A DNA stretch of 63,538 nucleotides, filler included, from Hyphochytrium catenoides (GCA_900088475.1; 10 parts of 10 records of this genome joined end to end with filler, not necessarily neighbours in it); one strand, 5' to 3'; positions 38,188-50,223 are shown, counted from the whole stretch's first letter. Translations and numbers: made by a program. Notes: generated by a model from the sequence alone, not told the origin.

Positions 38188-40178
38188 GGAGGGAGGTACT
38201 TGTTGTGGGGGATCGGTTGCTCGTGCTGGGTTTTGGACAAGGAGTTGTTGTAGACTGTCTGGGCAATCGCGCAGGTTTTCGCAACGGCCATCTGGAGGTG
38301 AACACGAATCTATCGAAGCTGAATTGTCGTTGCCACATACGGTGTCTGCTGGTTCAAGGGCGGGCAAGATGCGAGCAGCAGCAGTATCGGGGTGTTTGGC
38401 GAGGTATTCGTTGAATGGAGGCACTTGGATGGACATATGTTGATCAGAATCCCCTTGACTAGTCGGATTGGGCGAGAGGGAGCTGTCGTCCTCGCTAAGT
38501 ACATCAAAGAGATGGAATACGGAGTCACGCAGCTGAGGCGAGGTTTGAAGTAGCGAACCAAAGTCCCCTTCAGCGAACACAACATCCCTACGCTCAATGT
38601 TGGTACCACTCTCTCTGTCATAAAGTCGATAGGCCTTTGAGGTGTCTGGGTAACCAACGAATATGTAGGGCTTTCACTTGGGGTCCATTTTCTGCCTCTT
38701 CGAGTCCGGTACGAGTGCATAAGCAAGACAACCAAAGACACGGAGATGACTAACGTCCGGTTTGGCATTGAACCATTTTTCATAGGGAGTTGCTCCATGT
38801 AAGGCGCTTGTTGGGGAGAGATTACCTACGTATGCAGCCGTTAACAAAGCTTCACTCCAAAAAAGGAGGACGGTAGCTTGGCAGCATGTAAATGGACCGG
38901 GCAGACTCCACAAGCGTCCTCTGGCGTCGCTCGGCAACTCCGTTCTGCGCTGAACTGTATGGAGCTGTAAGCTCATGTAGAATGCCACGTGTCTTGCAAT
39001 ACTCCTTCATAGCCTCTGAGCAGTATTCCCCACCTCGGCGCTCCGAATACGTTGAACTTTAAGTCCTGTTTGGCGCTCAGCCATCTTGATGAAGATGTCG
39101 ACGTGGGTGATGACCTCACTCTTATTCTTCGTGAGGTGCAGAAAAACCCGACGAGTATAGTCATCGACGAAAACCACATAGTAACGATGACCGCCAAGGC
39201 TAAGTGTATTGACAATGCCAACATCGGAGCGGACTAGTTGAAGGGGGCGTTGTGTTTTACGGTGTGATTGTTTAGGTCAGTTTTCCCAAGACACAACCCG
39301 AACAGAGAGACGTTGTATGGTTGGTGATCTTCATGCCTGAAGAAACCGTTGCCAATTTCTGTACATCTGGAATGTTTTGATGCCCCAATCTGCGATGACA
39401 GATGGTGACTGGTTGGGATAGACTGATTGGGAGCTGATAGCGGAAGCAGAAGAGTCTATTGCCCCAGTACCGGATAAGGTGGTGTAGGCACTGGGAGAAC
39501 TGCTTGCTGGAGTACAGTCAGTTAAGGTAGAGCCCGTCACGTAAAAGAGATTCCCAATGCGTTCGCCAAGGGTACTGGTTGGTACGACAAGAAGCAGCTG
39601 AGTGTTGGAGTCTGAGGGCACAGCTATGTGGACTACAAGCTGGCAAGATTAACTACCAAAGTTTCAGCTCTAAACTCCCAGTAGAAGCCGAGANNNNNNN
39701 NNNNNNNNNNNNNNNNNNNNNNNNNNNNNNNNNNNNNTTAATTAATTAANNNNNNNNNNNNNNNNNNNNNNNNNNNNNNNNNNNNNNNNNNNNGTTCTTG
39801 CCTCTCTTCTTCTTGCTCGTACTACCGAACTCATTCCGAATCCAGTATAACTAATGCAAGATAACCAAGATTTCTCAAGCATTATTCATCATGCGCTGTA
39901 CAGACACTGGATGGCAACAAGTTGCTGGCTCAACGAAGGACAGCAGAAACATACAGGCTTCCTGCTGCAGGCAGGGACCTTACTACTTGCCTAACATCCG
40001 CGATAGAGGTTTCTTCGTCGTCACCAGGAAGCAATAACGAGCTCCACAAAAAGCAGACCACCAACCACTGTTCTCATCCATTTCAGTTCTTCCTCATTCT
40101 GCGGCACGTGGCAGCAGCGAAAAAGCGACCAGCACAGCAAGGGAAGCAAAGCCGGAACGAAGACGACGAAGCATCATC

Positions 40179-41359
40179 ATGGTATCGTTCAAGGTAGTTT
40201 ATGCGGAATTATGCGAGACCTTCGAAGTCGCAGAGAGCGAAAAGCATCAGGCGGTGGGCCAGTTCCTATTCAATAGCACCGCATTTCGTGAATGGAGAGA
40301 AGCCTTCTTTGCAAGATACGGAGTGGATTGCAACGACCTCCAGGATTGCAAGTTGTGTCCAGCCATCGCCAACCCGGACTTGACGCCTTTGGGTACGTGG
40401 TCAAAGATGAAGGGGGCAACTATGATTTTTTCCCCGATGGATCCAAACTCCAGCCGGAACCTTTTTTCACGAGCTGCCAAAGGGGAAGAGTATCTGCAAG
40501 AGCTGCTCGCTCTTCAACGCAGCGGCAAGAAGGCGGCGGAAAAGGAAAGTAAGAAGAAAAGTTCTGCTGGTGCTGGAACTGCTGGTAGCAACACGTCTCA
40601 TCCAACGACAGTAGTTTCGCCGGCGGCGGCGGATTTATCGTCCCCGTGGAAGATAGAGATCGAGGGTCTCAAGAAGGAGCTTGCCCAACAAAGGGAGCAG
40701 TTTGAGAGGCAACTTGCCCAACAAAGGGAGCAGTTTGAGAGGCAACTTGCCCAACAAAGGGAGCAACTTGCCGAACAGCAGGACATCCTTGCCCGACAGC
40801 AGGATATTCTTGCCAAACAGGGCAGTCAGATCCAATATCTGATGCAAATCACGAGGCCATCTCGCCACGTAGTATGCCTTCGTGTTTTGCTGGAAAACTT
40901 CAAAAGGAAGGTTGAAGAAGAGTTCCTTCCCAGAAGAGAAGACGACGGTGGAACTAATGANNNNNNNNNNNNNNNNNNNNNNNNNNNNNNNNNNNNNNNN
41001 NNNNNNNNNNNNNNNNNNNNNNNNAGGCAGGATGTCAAGGACTTTTGCCTTCGCCAGTATTCGAGACTGTCGCAGGCAGTGCATTCAGCGTAAGCGCCTT
41101 TCTTAGTTCTTCTCTTCGTCTTCTTGTTACAACATCATCATCACATATACTGACTATTCTTCTGTGCTGCTGCTGCTGCTGCTGTCAATTGTCCGCCGTT
41201 TCTTGGATATGGTGATGATGACCACCCGCCGCGTTGTCGTCGGCCTTGATACACAGTTCGAAATCAGACATTGAAGAAGCCATCAACAACGAAGCATCGA
41301 CGGAAACAGCTATGTGGCGCCTTCTTTTCCACTACGTGTATGGTGTTTCCATCTCCTGA
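40179..41359 (+). CDS. Copy 1 of multicopy family: N-terminal globular header, linker, coiled coil, HEPN-like C-terminal domain. Exons 40179-41089, 41257-41359
   Basis: Open frame across an N gap; GT-AG intron in phase 2 with the same acceptor and last exon in copy 3; LRVLLE and YSRLSQAVH motifs. Confidence 0.7.
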
Positions 41360-41394
41360 TCAACAGTAATGATTTCCTTACCTCCCCTTCTTCC

Positions 41395-41770
41395 CTACCA
41401 CCACGTTACTGGCACCACTGGTGGGTCCTCAGCGTCAGAGGCAGCGGCTAGCGCGGATGTTACCTTCTCCTTGAGAAAATTAGGGTCCACAGGTGCCTGG
41501 TCCACTCCCGCACGCTTCCCGTCATCTTCACGCACGTTAATTTGGAGTCTGTTGAAAGCATTGCCAAACTCTTGGAAGTCGGAAGGAAAAGCTGGCTAGG
41601 TCATGAACCTACTACTCTGGACAACGATTCCAAAAGATGAAAAACAGATACCGCAGGGAAGTGTTTGTGAGGCTCCAGGGATAAAATCATAGGAAGCCCT
41701 CGGAAGGAAGAGTCTGATGTTCGAACGAAGCGCATCGGTAATAGCTGCCTTCAGCTGTACTCCACCGTCA
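41395..41770 (-). pseudogene. Convergent partner ORF of the cassette with a TGG-to-TAG nonsense change
   Basis: Homologous to 45719-46019; FMT*PAF here versus FMTWSAL there. Confidence 0.5.
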
Positions 41771-41833
41771 GATTGTTTGGCGCAAGCTCAGGCATATTCT
41801 CGCGTAAAGGCGCAACCGCTTATTGTGTAGCTA

Positions 41834-42564
41834 CCTTCCTTTTGAAGTTTTCCAGCAAAAGACGAAGGCATACGTGGCGAGATGGTCTCGTCATTTGCAT
41901 AAGATACTGGATCTGACTGCCCTGTTTGGCAAGAATATCCTGCTGTCGGGCAAGAATATCCTGCTGTCGGGCAAGGATGTCCTGCTGTTCGGCAAGCTGC
42001 CTCTCAAACTGTTCCCTTTGTTGGGCAAGTTGCCTCTCAAACTGTCCCTTGTTGGGCAAGCTCCTTCTTGAGACCCTCGATCTCTATCTTCCACGGGGAC
42101 GATGAATCCGCCGCCGCCGCCGGCGAAACTACTGTCGTTGGATGAGACGTGTTGCTACCACCAACACCAGCACCAGCAGAAATTTTCTTCTTGCTTTCGT
42201 TCTCCGCCGCCTTCTTGCCGCTGCGTTGAAGAGCAAGCAGTTCTTGCAGATACTCTTCACCTTTGGCAGCTCGTGAAAAAAGGTTCCGGCTGGAGTTTGG
42301 ATCCATTGGGGAAAAAATCATAGTTGCCCCCTTCATCTTCGACCACGTACCCAAAGGCGTCAAGTCCGGGTTGTCGATGGCTGGACACAACTTGCAATCC
42401 TGGAGATCGTTGCAATCCACTCCGTATTTTGCAAAGAAGGCTTCTCTCCATTCACGAAATGCGGTGCTATTGAATAGGAACTGTCCCACCGCCTGATGCT
42501 TTTCGCTCTCTGCGACTTCGAAGGTCTCGCATAATTCCGCATAAACTACCTTGAACGATACCAT
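41834..42564 (-). pseudogene. Copy 2 of the family, inverted, frameshifted near 42050 and truncated after LLENFKRKV
   Basis: Near-identical to copy 1; 2-nt loss in the first coiled-coil repeat; lacks the His-motif region. Confidence 0.8.
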
Positions 42565-42839
42565 GATGATGCTTCGTCGTGTTCGTTCCGGCTTTGCTTC
42601 CCTTGCTGTGCTAGTCGCTTTATCGCTGCCACGTGCCGCAGAATGAGGAGGAACTGAAATGGATGAGAACAGTGGTTGGCGGTCTGCTTTTTGTGGTGCG
42701 CCGCCTTATTGCTTCCTGGTGACGACGAAGAAACTTCTCTTTCGGATGTAAAAACCTTGTTTGCACGTAGTTTCCAAAAACCGTGCCTGCAAGTACTGTA
42801 CCAGGAAGTTTCTGCTGCTGTCCTCCTTTGAGCTGATAT

Positions 42840-43930
42840 CTTGGTCGTCTGGTTTAAAGCATTCCTCCCTATGAACACACGAGCGATCTCAGAATGGGTT
42901 GTCTGGACTACATTCAAAGACTGCTTAGGGTGCTCCATACTGTGCCTTCCTATGACAGCAGCGGCTAAGGACGAGACTGTGTTCACAAAGCGTCTCTGAT
43001 AATGAGCGTTCCTTCGTAGCGTCTGAACACTTCCCTCGGCTTCTACTTCAGTTACCTCTTTCTGGTCAAGAAGCCGCAGTAGATCCTCAACGCTCTCGTC
43101 AAAGGCATTAGCGCGTTCAAAGTCCCTCGTGGCAATTTCCCTTAACACTTGAGCTACCAGGAGAGTGACCCGTTGTAGTTGAGTGCGACTGACGGCGTCA
43201 GAAGGAACCGCACAAAGGCGCTCACTTTTCTTAATAATATTATCATCTCCTGAAGGGCTTGAATCTCGCCCGTATTTGAAGCAATACCGCATCGCGTCTC
43301 CCTCCTCATCGTTTGATTCCGCGCTGAAAAGAAGGAGTTCGTAGGCTTTGCCGCTTGTTGCCCGGCTTATCAATTCCTCAGCTTGGTGCTTTGCATCTTC
43401 TGCCCTTTGTCGCAGCAGGTTCGCCTTTAACATCAGATAGCGCAAGTGATCCATCCCGACTCTGCTCAGCGCCGCCAGCGTGGAGCCTCCTTCTCCAAAC
43501 TCATTCTCCGAACTTACAATGGAGCCCTAGTCTTACGCGTCTGGGAATATCTTCCAGCTTCCGTACGTGCTTTAAGTCCTTATGGGTCTGCCAATAACGT
43601 AGCAAAGTCAATCGACGCCACCTCAGCTCCCCTTTCACTCTTTTGTAGGCATCTGGCTCAAGATGCTGTCGGTTTCGTGGCAAAGACAGCCGACGTCGTA
43701 GCAGCCTCTCTGGCAACATCGGCCGTCTTCTTCTTCCGTCCGATGGCTGTTTCCCTTAAAGACGGACGAGGAGGGATTAAAGCTCTCGTTGTGCCCGAGG
43801 GTAGCCTCCTAGGAACGTTGAAAGTCTCTAAAACGCTCTCCATAGCTACAGCAGCTTCTTCCCGTGAGCGATGCGTTGAGCTCCATCTTCGCTCACCCTT
43901 AGTCCCCGAATTAGAACAATAGGTCACCTC
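42840..43930 (-). pseudogene. Decayed helical-protein gene fragment interrupted by the copy-2 cassette
   Basis: About 200 non-repetitive open codons (43454-42840) that run into the cassette upstream region; stops upstream in the same frame. Confidence 0.35.
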
Positions 43931-44643
43931 ACAGCGCCAGAAATTGCCAGAGTTACTAACGCCTACAGTCGCGGGCGCTTAAGCTTTCCTCCAAGGAGGA
44001 CTGTGTGGGGGTCTTCCCACCAGTGCTCGTACGAAGGCATTGTGAAGGAGCGAAGAAGTAAGTACGAAAATAAGCCCGACCGCGCAAGGCGCCGACGAGA
44101 TTACCTTTGAAAGCAATTACGCAGCGATGGAAAAAGCTTTAGAACGCCTCCAAAAAAAAGTGAAGCTTGCAGTTACGAGGCAACCGGAATAGAGTTGGCG
44201 CGAAACTCGAGTTGTCTCAGTTCACACCCTCCTGGAAAAGTCAAATTCACAATGATTGGAATTGGACTCCCAAATTATGCTCGCGTAATCAGCTTCCCCA
44301 CGTCAAATAACCCCTTTGACACCAAAACCCAGTTATTTTCACTTAAAATTGACTTACGGAAGTCCAAGTGAACAACTCTTGGGCGACGAGTTGCTGGCTC
44401 AAAGGAGGACAGCAGCAGAAACTTCCTGGTACAGTACTAAATAAAAGTACTTGCAGGCAAAACCATTAGTAAATAATAAAAGTACTTGCAGGCAGGGTTT
44501 TTACTACTTGCAATAAGGCGGCGCACCACAAAAAGCAGACCGCCAACCACTGTTCTCATCCATTTCAGTTCTTCCTCATTCTGCGGCACGTGGCAGCGAN
44601 NNNNNNNNNNNNNNNNNNNNNNNNNNNNNNNNNNNNNNNNNNN

Positions 44644-45683
44644 TTTATGCGGAATTATGCGAGACCTTCGAAGTCGCAGAGAGCGAAAAGCATCAGGCGG
44701 TGGGACAGTTTCTATTCAATAGCACCGCATTTCGTGAATGGAGAGAAGCCTTCTTTGCAAAATACGGAGTGGATTGCAACGACCTCCAGGAATGCAAGTT
44801 GTGTCCAGCCATCGACAACCCGGACTTGACGCCTTTGGCTACGTGGTCGAAGATGAAGGGGGCAACTATGATTTTTTCCCCGATGGATCCAAACTCCAGC
44901 CGGAACCTTTTTTCACGAGCTGCCAAAGGTGAAGAGTATCTGCAAGAACTGCTTGCTCTTCAACGCAGCGGCAAGAAGGCGGCGGAGAAGGAAAGCAGGA
45001 AGAAAATTTCTGCTGGTGCTGGTGGTGGTGGGAGCAACACGTTTCATCCAACGACAGTAATTTCGCCGGCGGCGGCGGCGGATTTATCGTCCCCGTGGAA
45101 GATAGAGATCGAGGGTCTCAAGAAGGAGCTTGCCCAACAAAGGGAGCAACTTGCCCAACAAAGGGAGCAACTTGCCAAACAGCAGGATATTGATGCCAAA
45201 CAGGACAGGCAACTTGCCGAACAGCAAAACATCCTTGCCCGACAGCAGGATATTCTTGCCAAACAGGGCAGTCAGATCCAGTATCTGATGCAAATGACGA
45301 GACCATCTCGCCACGTATGCCTTCGTGTTTTGCTGGAAAACTTCAAAAGGAAGGTTGAAGAAGAGTTTCTTCCCAGGAGAGAAGACGACGGTGGAACGAA
45401 TGAGAATNNNNNNNNNNNNNNNNNNNNNNNNNNNNNNNNNNNNNNNNNNNNNNNNNNNNNNNNNACTATTCTTCTGTGCTGCTGCTGCTGCTGTCAATTG
45501 TCCGCCGTTGCTTGGATATGGTGATGATGACCACCCGCCGCGTTGTTGTCGTCGGCCTTGATACACAGTGCGAAATCAGACATTGAAGAGGCCATCAACA
45601 ACGAAGTGGTCGATACGACATCGACGGAAACAGCTATGTGGCGCCTTATTTTCGACTACGTGTATGGTGTTTCCATCTCCTGA
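44644..45683 (+). CDS. Copy 3 of the family (start codon and His-motif region fall in N gaps; last exon 45569-45683)
   Basis: Near-identical to copy 1 with a different coiled-coil repeat arrangement. Confidence 0.7.
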
Positions 45684-45718
45684 TCAACACTAATGATCCC
45701 CTTACCGCCCCTTCTTCC

Positions 45719-46019
45719 CTACCACCACGTTACTGGCACCACTGGGTCCTCAGCGCCAGAGGCAGCGGCTAGCGCAGATGTTACCTTCTCCTCGAGAAAA
45801 TTAGGGTCCACAGTTGCCGGGTCCACTCCCTCAAGCTTTCCGTCATCTACACGCACGTTGATTTGGAGTCTGTTGTAAGCATTGCCAAATCCTTGGAGGT
45901 TGTAAGGAAGAGCTGACCAGGTCATGAACGTACTACTCTGGACAAGGATTCCAAAAGATGAAAAACAGGTACCGTAGGGAAGTGCTTGTGAGGCTCCAGG
46001 GATAATCATAGAAAGCCCT
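45719..46019 (-). pseudogene. Second copy of the convergent partner ORF, 5'-truncated
   Basis: IPGASQALPYG...FLEEKVTSALAAASGAEDPVVPVTWW*; similarity to the first copy stops near 46019. Confidence 0.45.
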
Positions 46020-46990
46020 TACCACCAGCTCCGTCGCACCACAGTTATGTCCCCGTATGAGTCCCGTTTATGATTCTAGTATGGTCTACTACCGTGGCCC
46101 AGATAAGACAGTATACTATGATGGCTTATCGAAAATAAGGGACGGTTTAACGAAGAGAAGCGAAAGGCTCTCTGTGTATTATCTATTGCCTGCCCTTGAC
46201 GAAAAGAAGTCGCGCGCGCGCGTGAGAGAGAGAGAGAGAGAGATAAGGAAGAGAGGTAACAAGAGAGCTTGAAGATAGATTGAAGACCGTCAACTCTCTG
46301 CTTGCACTGGCGGTGGCTGCTGCTGCTGCTTCTTAACCTGTCCACCACCACCACCGGCTTATAGCATCGGTTGGCCCTATATCAGCTCATCATCACCTCA
46401 CCATGCCCCGCCGCAAGTGTTGACTTGGGCCCCAGTTCAGCCTCAAACTGGGCTGTAGGGTACGAACCTTTCGAGCTCTTATTTTTTTTCCCTGCTGCTA
46501 GTTGACGATGGTTGGGCAACAGCTCCGTTGCTAGTTAATTTATCATCATCCAAACTTAGAGGATCATTATCATCATCCAAACTTAGAGGATCGGCTGCTC
46601 GTAGTGGCGTCCCCTCGACGTCGTGGGGTCCTCTCTTCTTGCTGTGGTCATTTATTGTTGGCGTCAATCTTCGTTTCTTCTGTGTATTGGAAGGTCGTGT
46701 CTCCTTCCCATCGTTGTTGTCATCAGACGACATCACCGAGGACTTTGTCTGTCCTTCATGACACGTTTCTTCTTGTTTTTTGTGACTGATAGAGGCTTCT
46801 CTCTTCCTCTTTCCCGCATGTTTCTTGATACGTTTCATGCCCTGTGATGGACATGGCACAGAGAACATTAACGAGGGATTAGGGTAACGCCAGTATTATC
46901 AATCGCAAAAGGAAGAGACAGAAGGATTGGAGCCATGTCTCGTGGAACGACACGATGAACAGACGACCCAAACAGAAGGAAAGGAGCCAT

Positions 46991-47140
46991 CCGAAGAAAG
47001 CCTCCAAGAAGCAGGGAACGAAAAGTTCTCAGGTCAGTGCACTTCTACCTTTGTAAATAAGTGAGGGTGCGGGTCCTCTTGTATGTAGAAGTGCACTGAC
47101 CCGCGATCTTTTCTTCCCTGCTTCTGGAGGCTTTCTACGG
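46991..47140. repeat. Long imperfect inverted repeat (arms of about 57 bp, 36-nt loop)
   Basis: Arm 46991-47048 is the reverse complement of 47085-47140 apart from a few mismatches and bulges. Confidence 0.9.
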
Positions 47141-49057
47141 CGGCCTAGTAGATTTTCTCTTCTTGCCTTCACTTCGTCCCACCAGCCGTCTGACTTTGGT
47201 CATCTATTGACGAGTTATCTTCAGAGTTCACGTCATCGGAGGAGTCATCTTCAGAGTTTGGGTCATCATCATCTGATAAGCTAGAAGTAACGCGATTCTT
47301 CCGCTCAGTAGTGTCCTTTGCCCCTGCTTGAGTTGGAGAGAGCTTGGTTAGCGAGTAAATGTAGAAAACTGGCCTCAATTGTGGAGTGTCTTCTTCAAAG
47401 AATATATCAATCGGAGATGATGAACAAGCCTATTCAGCGTGATGACCGGAAAGATGTGTGTTTGCGTGATGACCGGAAAGATGGTGTTTGTTATATGCAA
47501 AAAAGTGAAGAGGAACCAAGAGTCAGGGACAAGTGGGCCAAGCCCACCTCTCCGGCATCTCCTCCTTCTAACCTGAGCCTTTACCAGCTCCTGGTTCTGC
47601 CGTTGTGCTTTTGTCAGCCTGTTCAGACTAAATAGCAACCAAGACAGGAAAAATCACCTTCGGGTAAGTACGAGTTGGCAAGCAATTCAGCTCCATCTCA
47701 CGTGTCATGGCTGCCTCTGGGCCCTTCTGCTTCCTTTCGCTGTTGGCAGCGATAAGCTCTAAGTCTGGCACCAAACTGCTCCACCAATTGATAGTCCGAG
47801 AAGCTCCCTCAGTGTCTCTTAACTGTTTCATGGTTGCGGAGAATAACACCGGAGAGCGTTTTCTTATGGAACCAAGGGATGGCAAAAGACCATCCTCGTC
47901 CTTCATCGGGAAGGATGTCAGAGGCCTCGGTCATATCAGCAGCAGCGAGCACTTCCCTTCAGAGTGCTGAGCTCCGCGGTCACTACCACCATGTATTATC
48001 AAGCGATAGTGAATCGGTGAGTCATTGATGCTCATACTCATTGGACGAGAGTAGGTCATTTAAGAAGGATCTCGGCCTACTATGTCACCATTCTAGCCCT
48101 TCATCGGTAGGTCATGGTACCCCACCCACTCGTGGTTATGCACTTTTAGAGGGACTGCTAGATATCATAAGGATACTCCGCGTGCTGGATGCCATGATAT
48201 GGAAGGAGTGGAGGTTGGGCCTTTTGCTGTGCAAATGAGTACTGCCACTCTGCCACCGTTGGCGCACGATTGAGCTACCATCCGCATTCTGTTGCACATG
48301 TTTCTTTTAAGCGTTGGTATGCACTCTTTAAGTGCACCTCTGCTATCTGCTGCGAAGAAGAAGCTGTCGAGCTTCGCTCCTACTACAAGTGGGACAATAT
48401 ATTGATGTACAACAACAAACCGCCTTGTACTCCTCTGTCGGCTGCGACTGCCTCATCACCACCTGGTACTCTAGGCAAGGTAGGCGAAAGCAGAGTGACG
48501 CAAGCAGTTGCTCCTCCTCTTTCCTCGTGTTCGCCGATATCTTTCTTGTCTAGCCCAAGACTCCATGGTGTGAGAGTCAGGTACTGGCGTACAGACCATA
48601 TTAAAACTCAAAGCTACGGAGTATAATAATATTGCACTGCAGCATTCCAAGAGGGAACGAGACAGCCCGGGATGTTGAGAGACTAATAGGCTCCTACTCA
48701 TTCTTCGATTTAGGTCCGGGTACTTTCATCGTGGGCTCTACTAGCAGGCGAAGATGCTACGGTAGCCATCTGAAGCCTCGTGGTGGTACCTTCGTTCCTC
48801 TCATATACTCATTTACTGAGCGACGCCACCGCCACCATCATTCTGAGACACCCTGAGCAAGAATCGCTCTGAATAAATGCTGGGGACGCTGTCACCTTGA
48901 ACTGCTGCCGCTGCACTCTTGTCTTGTCGCGTCCTCTCAGCAGCATCCAATCTGGGTNNNNNNNNNNNNNNNNNNNNNNNNNNNNNNNNNNNNNNNNNNN
49001 NTTAATTAATTAANNNNNNNNNNNNNNNNNNNNNNNNNNNNNNNNNNNNNNNNNNNN

Positions 49058-50223
49058 CCAGGAGCAAGTTGAAGTGAATATCAGTTGGCTTCACTCCTAG
49101 CGATGATATGCCCTCACGCAGAAACATCTCTGCCTTCTGGAGCTCTCCAGCCTTGATGTACGCCTTCAGCACCTCTGCGCAGCTGATCTCATTGGGCTTC
49201 ACCTCGGCATCAGGCATGCGCTTGTACAGGATCTCCTCCATTGTCTGCAACTGACCCATAGACCCATAGCCTCCCAGGAGCAGGTTAAAGTGAATATCAG
49301 TTGGCTTCACTCCTAGCGATGGCATGCCCTCACGCAGAAAGGTTGATGCCTTTCCCAGCTCTCTGGCCTTGCTATACGCCTTCAGTACCTGAGAGCAGGT
49401 GATCTCATTGGGCTTCACGCCAGCCTCAGGCATGCGCTTGTACAACACCTCCTCAAGGGCGCGAAGGTTCCCCGCAGCGGCATGCTTATGAATTAGCCGA
49501 GTAAGAGCCACAGATGAACGTAACTGACTTCTATCAGTAGCTGTCTCATTCTCCTTAGGCTGCTTCAATGGCCGGGAGGCTGGTTTCCCAGATAGCAGTG
49601 GAGCTGCTTCAAGGAACAACTTTCCTGCCCTTTCCAACTCTCCAGCCTTAAGGTACGCCATCAAAACCTCTGAGTAGCTGATTTTGTTAGGTCTCACTCG
49701 TGCCTTAGGCATGCGCTTGTGCAGGATATCCTCCATAGCCTGCCACTGACCCATAGATCCATAGCCCTTCAGGAGCAGGTTGAAGTGCAATACTGAAGGC
49801 TTCAGTCCTAGCGATCGAATTCCTTCTTGCAGGAACGTTGATGCCTTCGCCAGCTCACCAGTCTTAATGTACGCCTTCAGTACCTCAGAGCAGGTGATCG
49901 CATTGGGCTTCACCCCGGCCTCAGGCATGCGCTTGCACAGGATCTCCTCCATTGTCTGCAACTGGCCCATAGATCCATAGCCTCCCAGGAGCAGAGTGAA
50001 GTGAATATCAGTTGGCTTCACTCCTAGCGATGGCATGCCCTCACGCAGAAACATCTCTGCCTTCTGGAGCTCTCCCGCCTTGATGTACGCCTTCAGCACC
50101 TCACAACAGGTGATCGCATCAGGCGCCACCCCAGCCTCCGGCATGCGTTGGTACAGGATCTCCTCCACTGTCTGCAACTGACCCATAGACCCATAGCCTC
50201 CCAGGAGCAGGTTGAAGTGCACA
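49058..50223 (-). CDS. Pentatricopeptide-repeat protein fragment, open at both ends; 11 alternating 36-aa motifs (first and last partial)
   Basis: PPR consensus (FNLLLGGY...G...M...GVKPN and CSEVLKAY.K.GEL.KA...GVKPT); 216-bp DNA period. Confidence 0.92.

Larger units (their letters stand above)
36574..39600 (-). mobile_element. Decayed Ty1/copia retrotransposon internal region (GAG-pre-integrase, integrase, reverse transcriptase) with frameshifts and stops
   Basis: Fragments QNGVAERR, HLRVFGCLAY, YKARLVAQG, QHLDIRTAFL, LKRSIYGLKQSPRQW, IPYRNAVGSL; integrase before RT is the copia order. Confidence 0.93.

Noticed and set aside
42546-43454. 302-aa ORF as an intact gene
   Set aside because: Its last third reads through the non-coding upstream part of the duplicated cassette, so it is a chimeric junction
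49058-50223. CRISPR-like array
   Set aside because: Repeats are in-frame coding PPR units with no unique spacers
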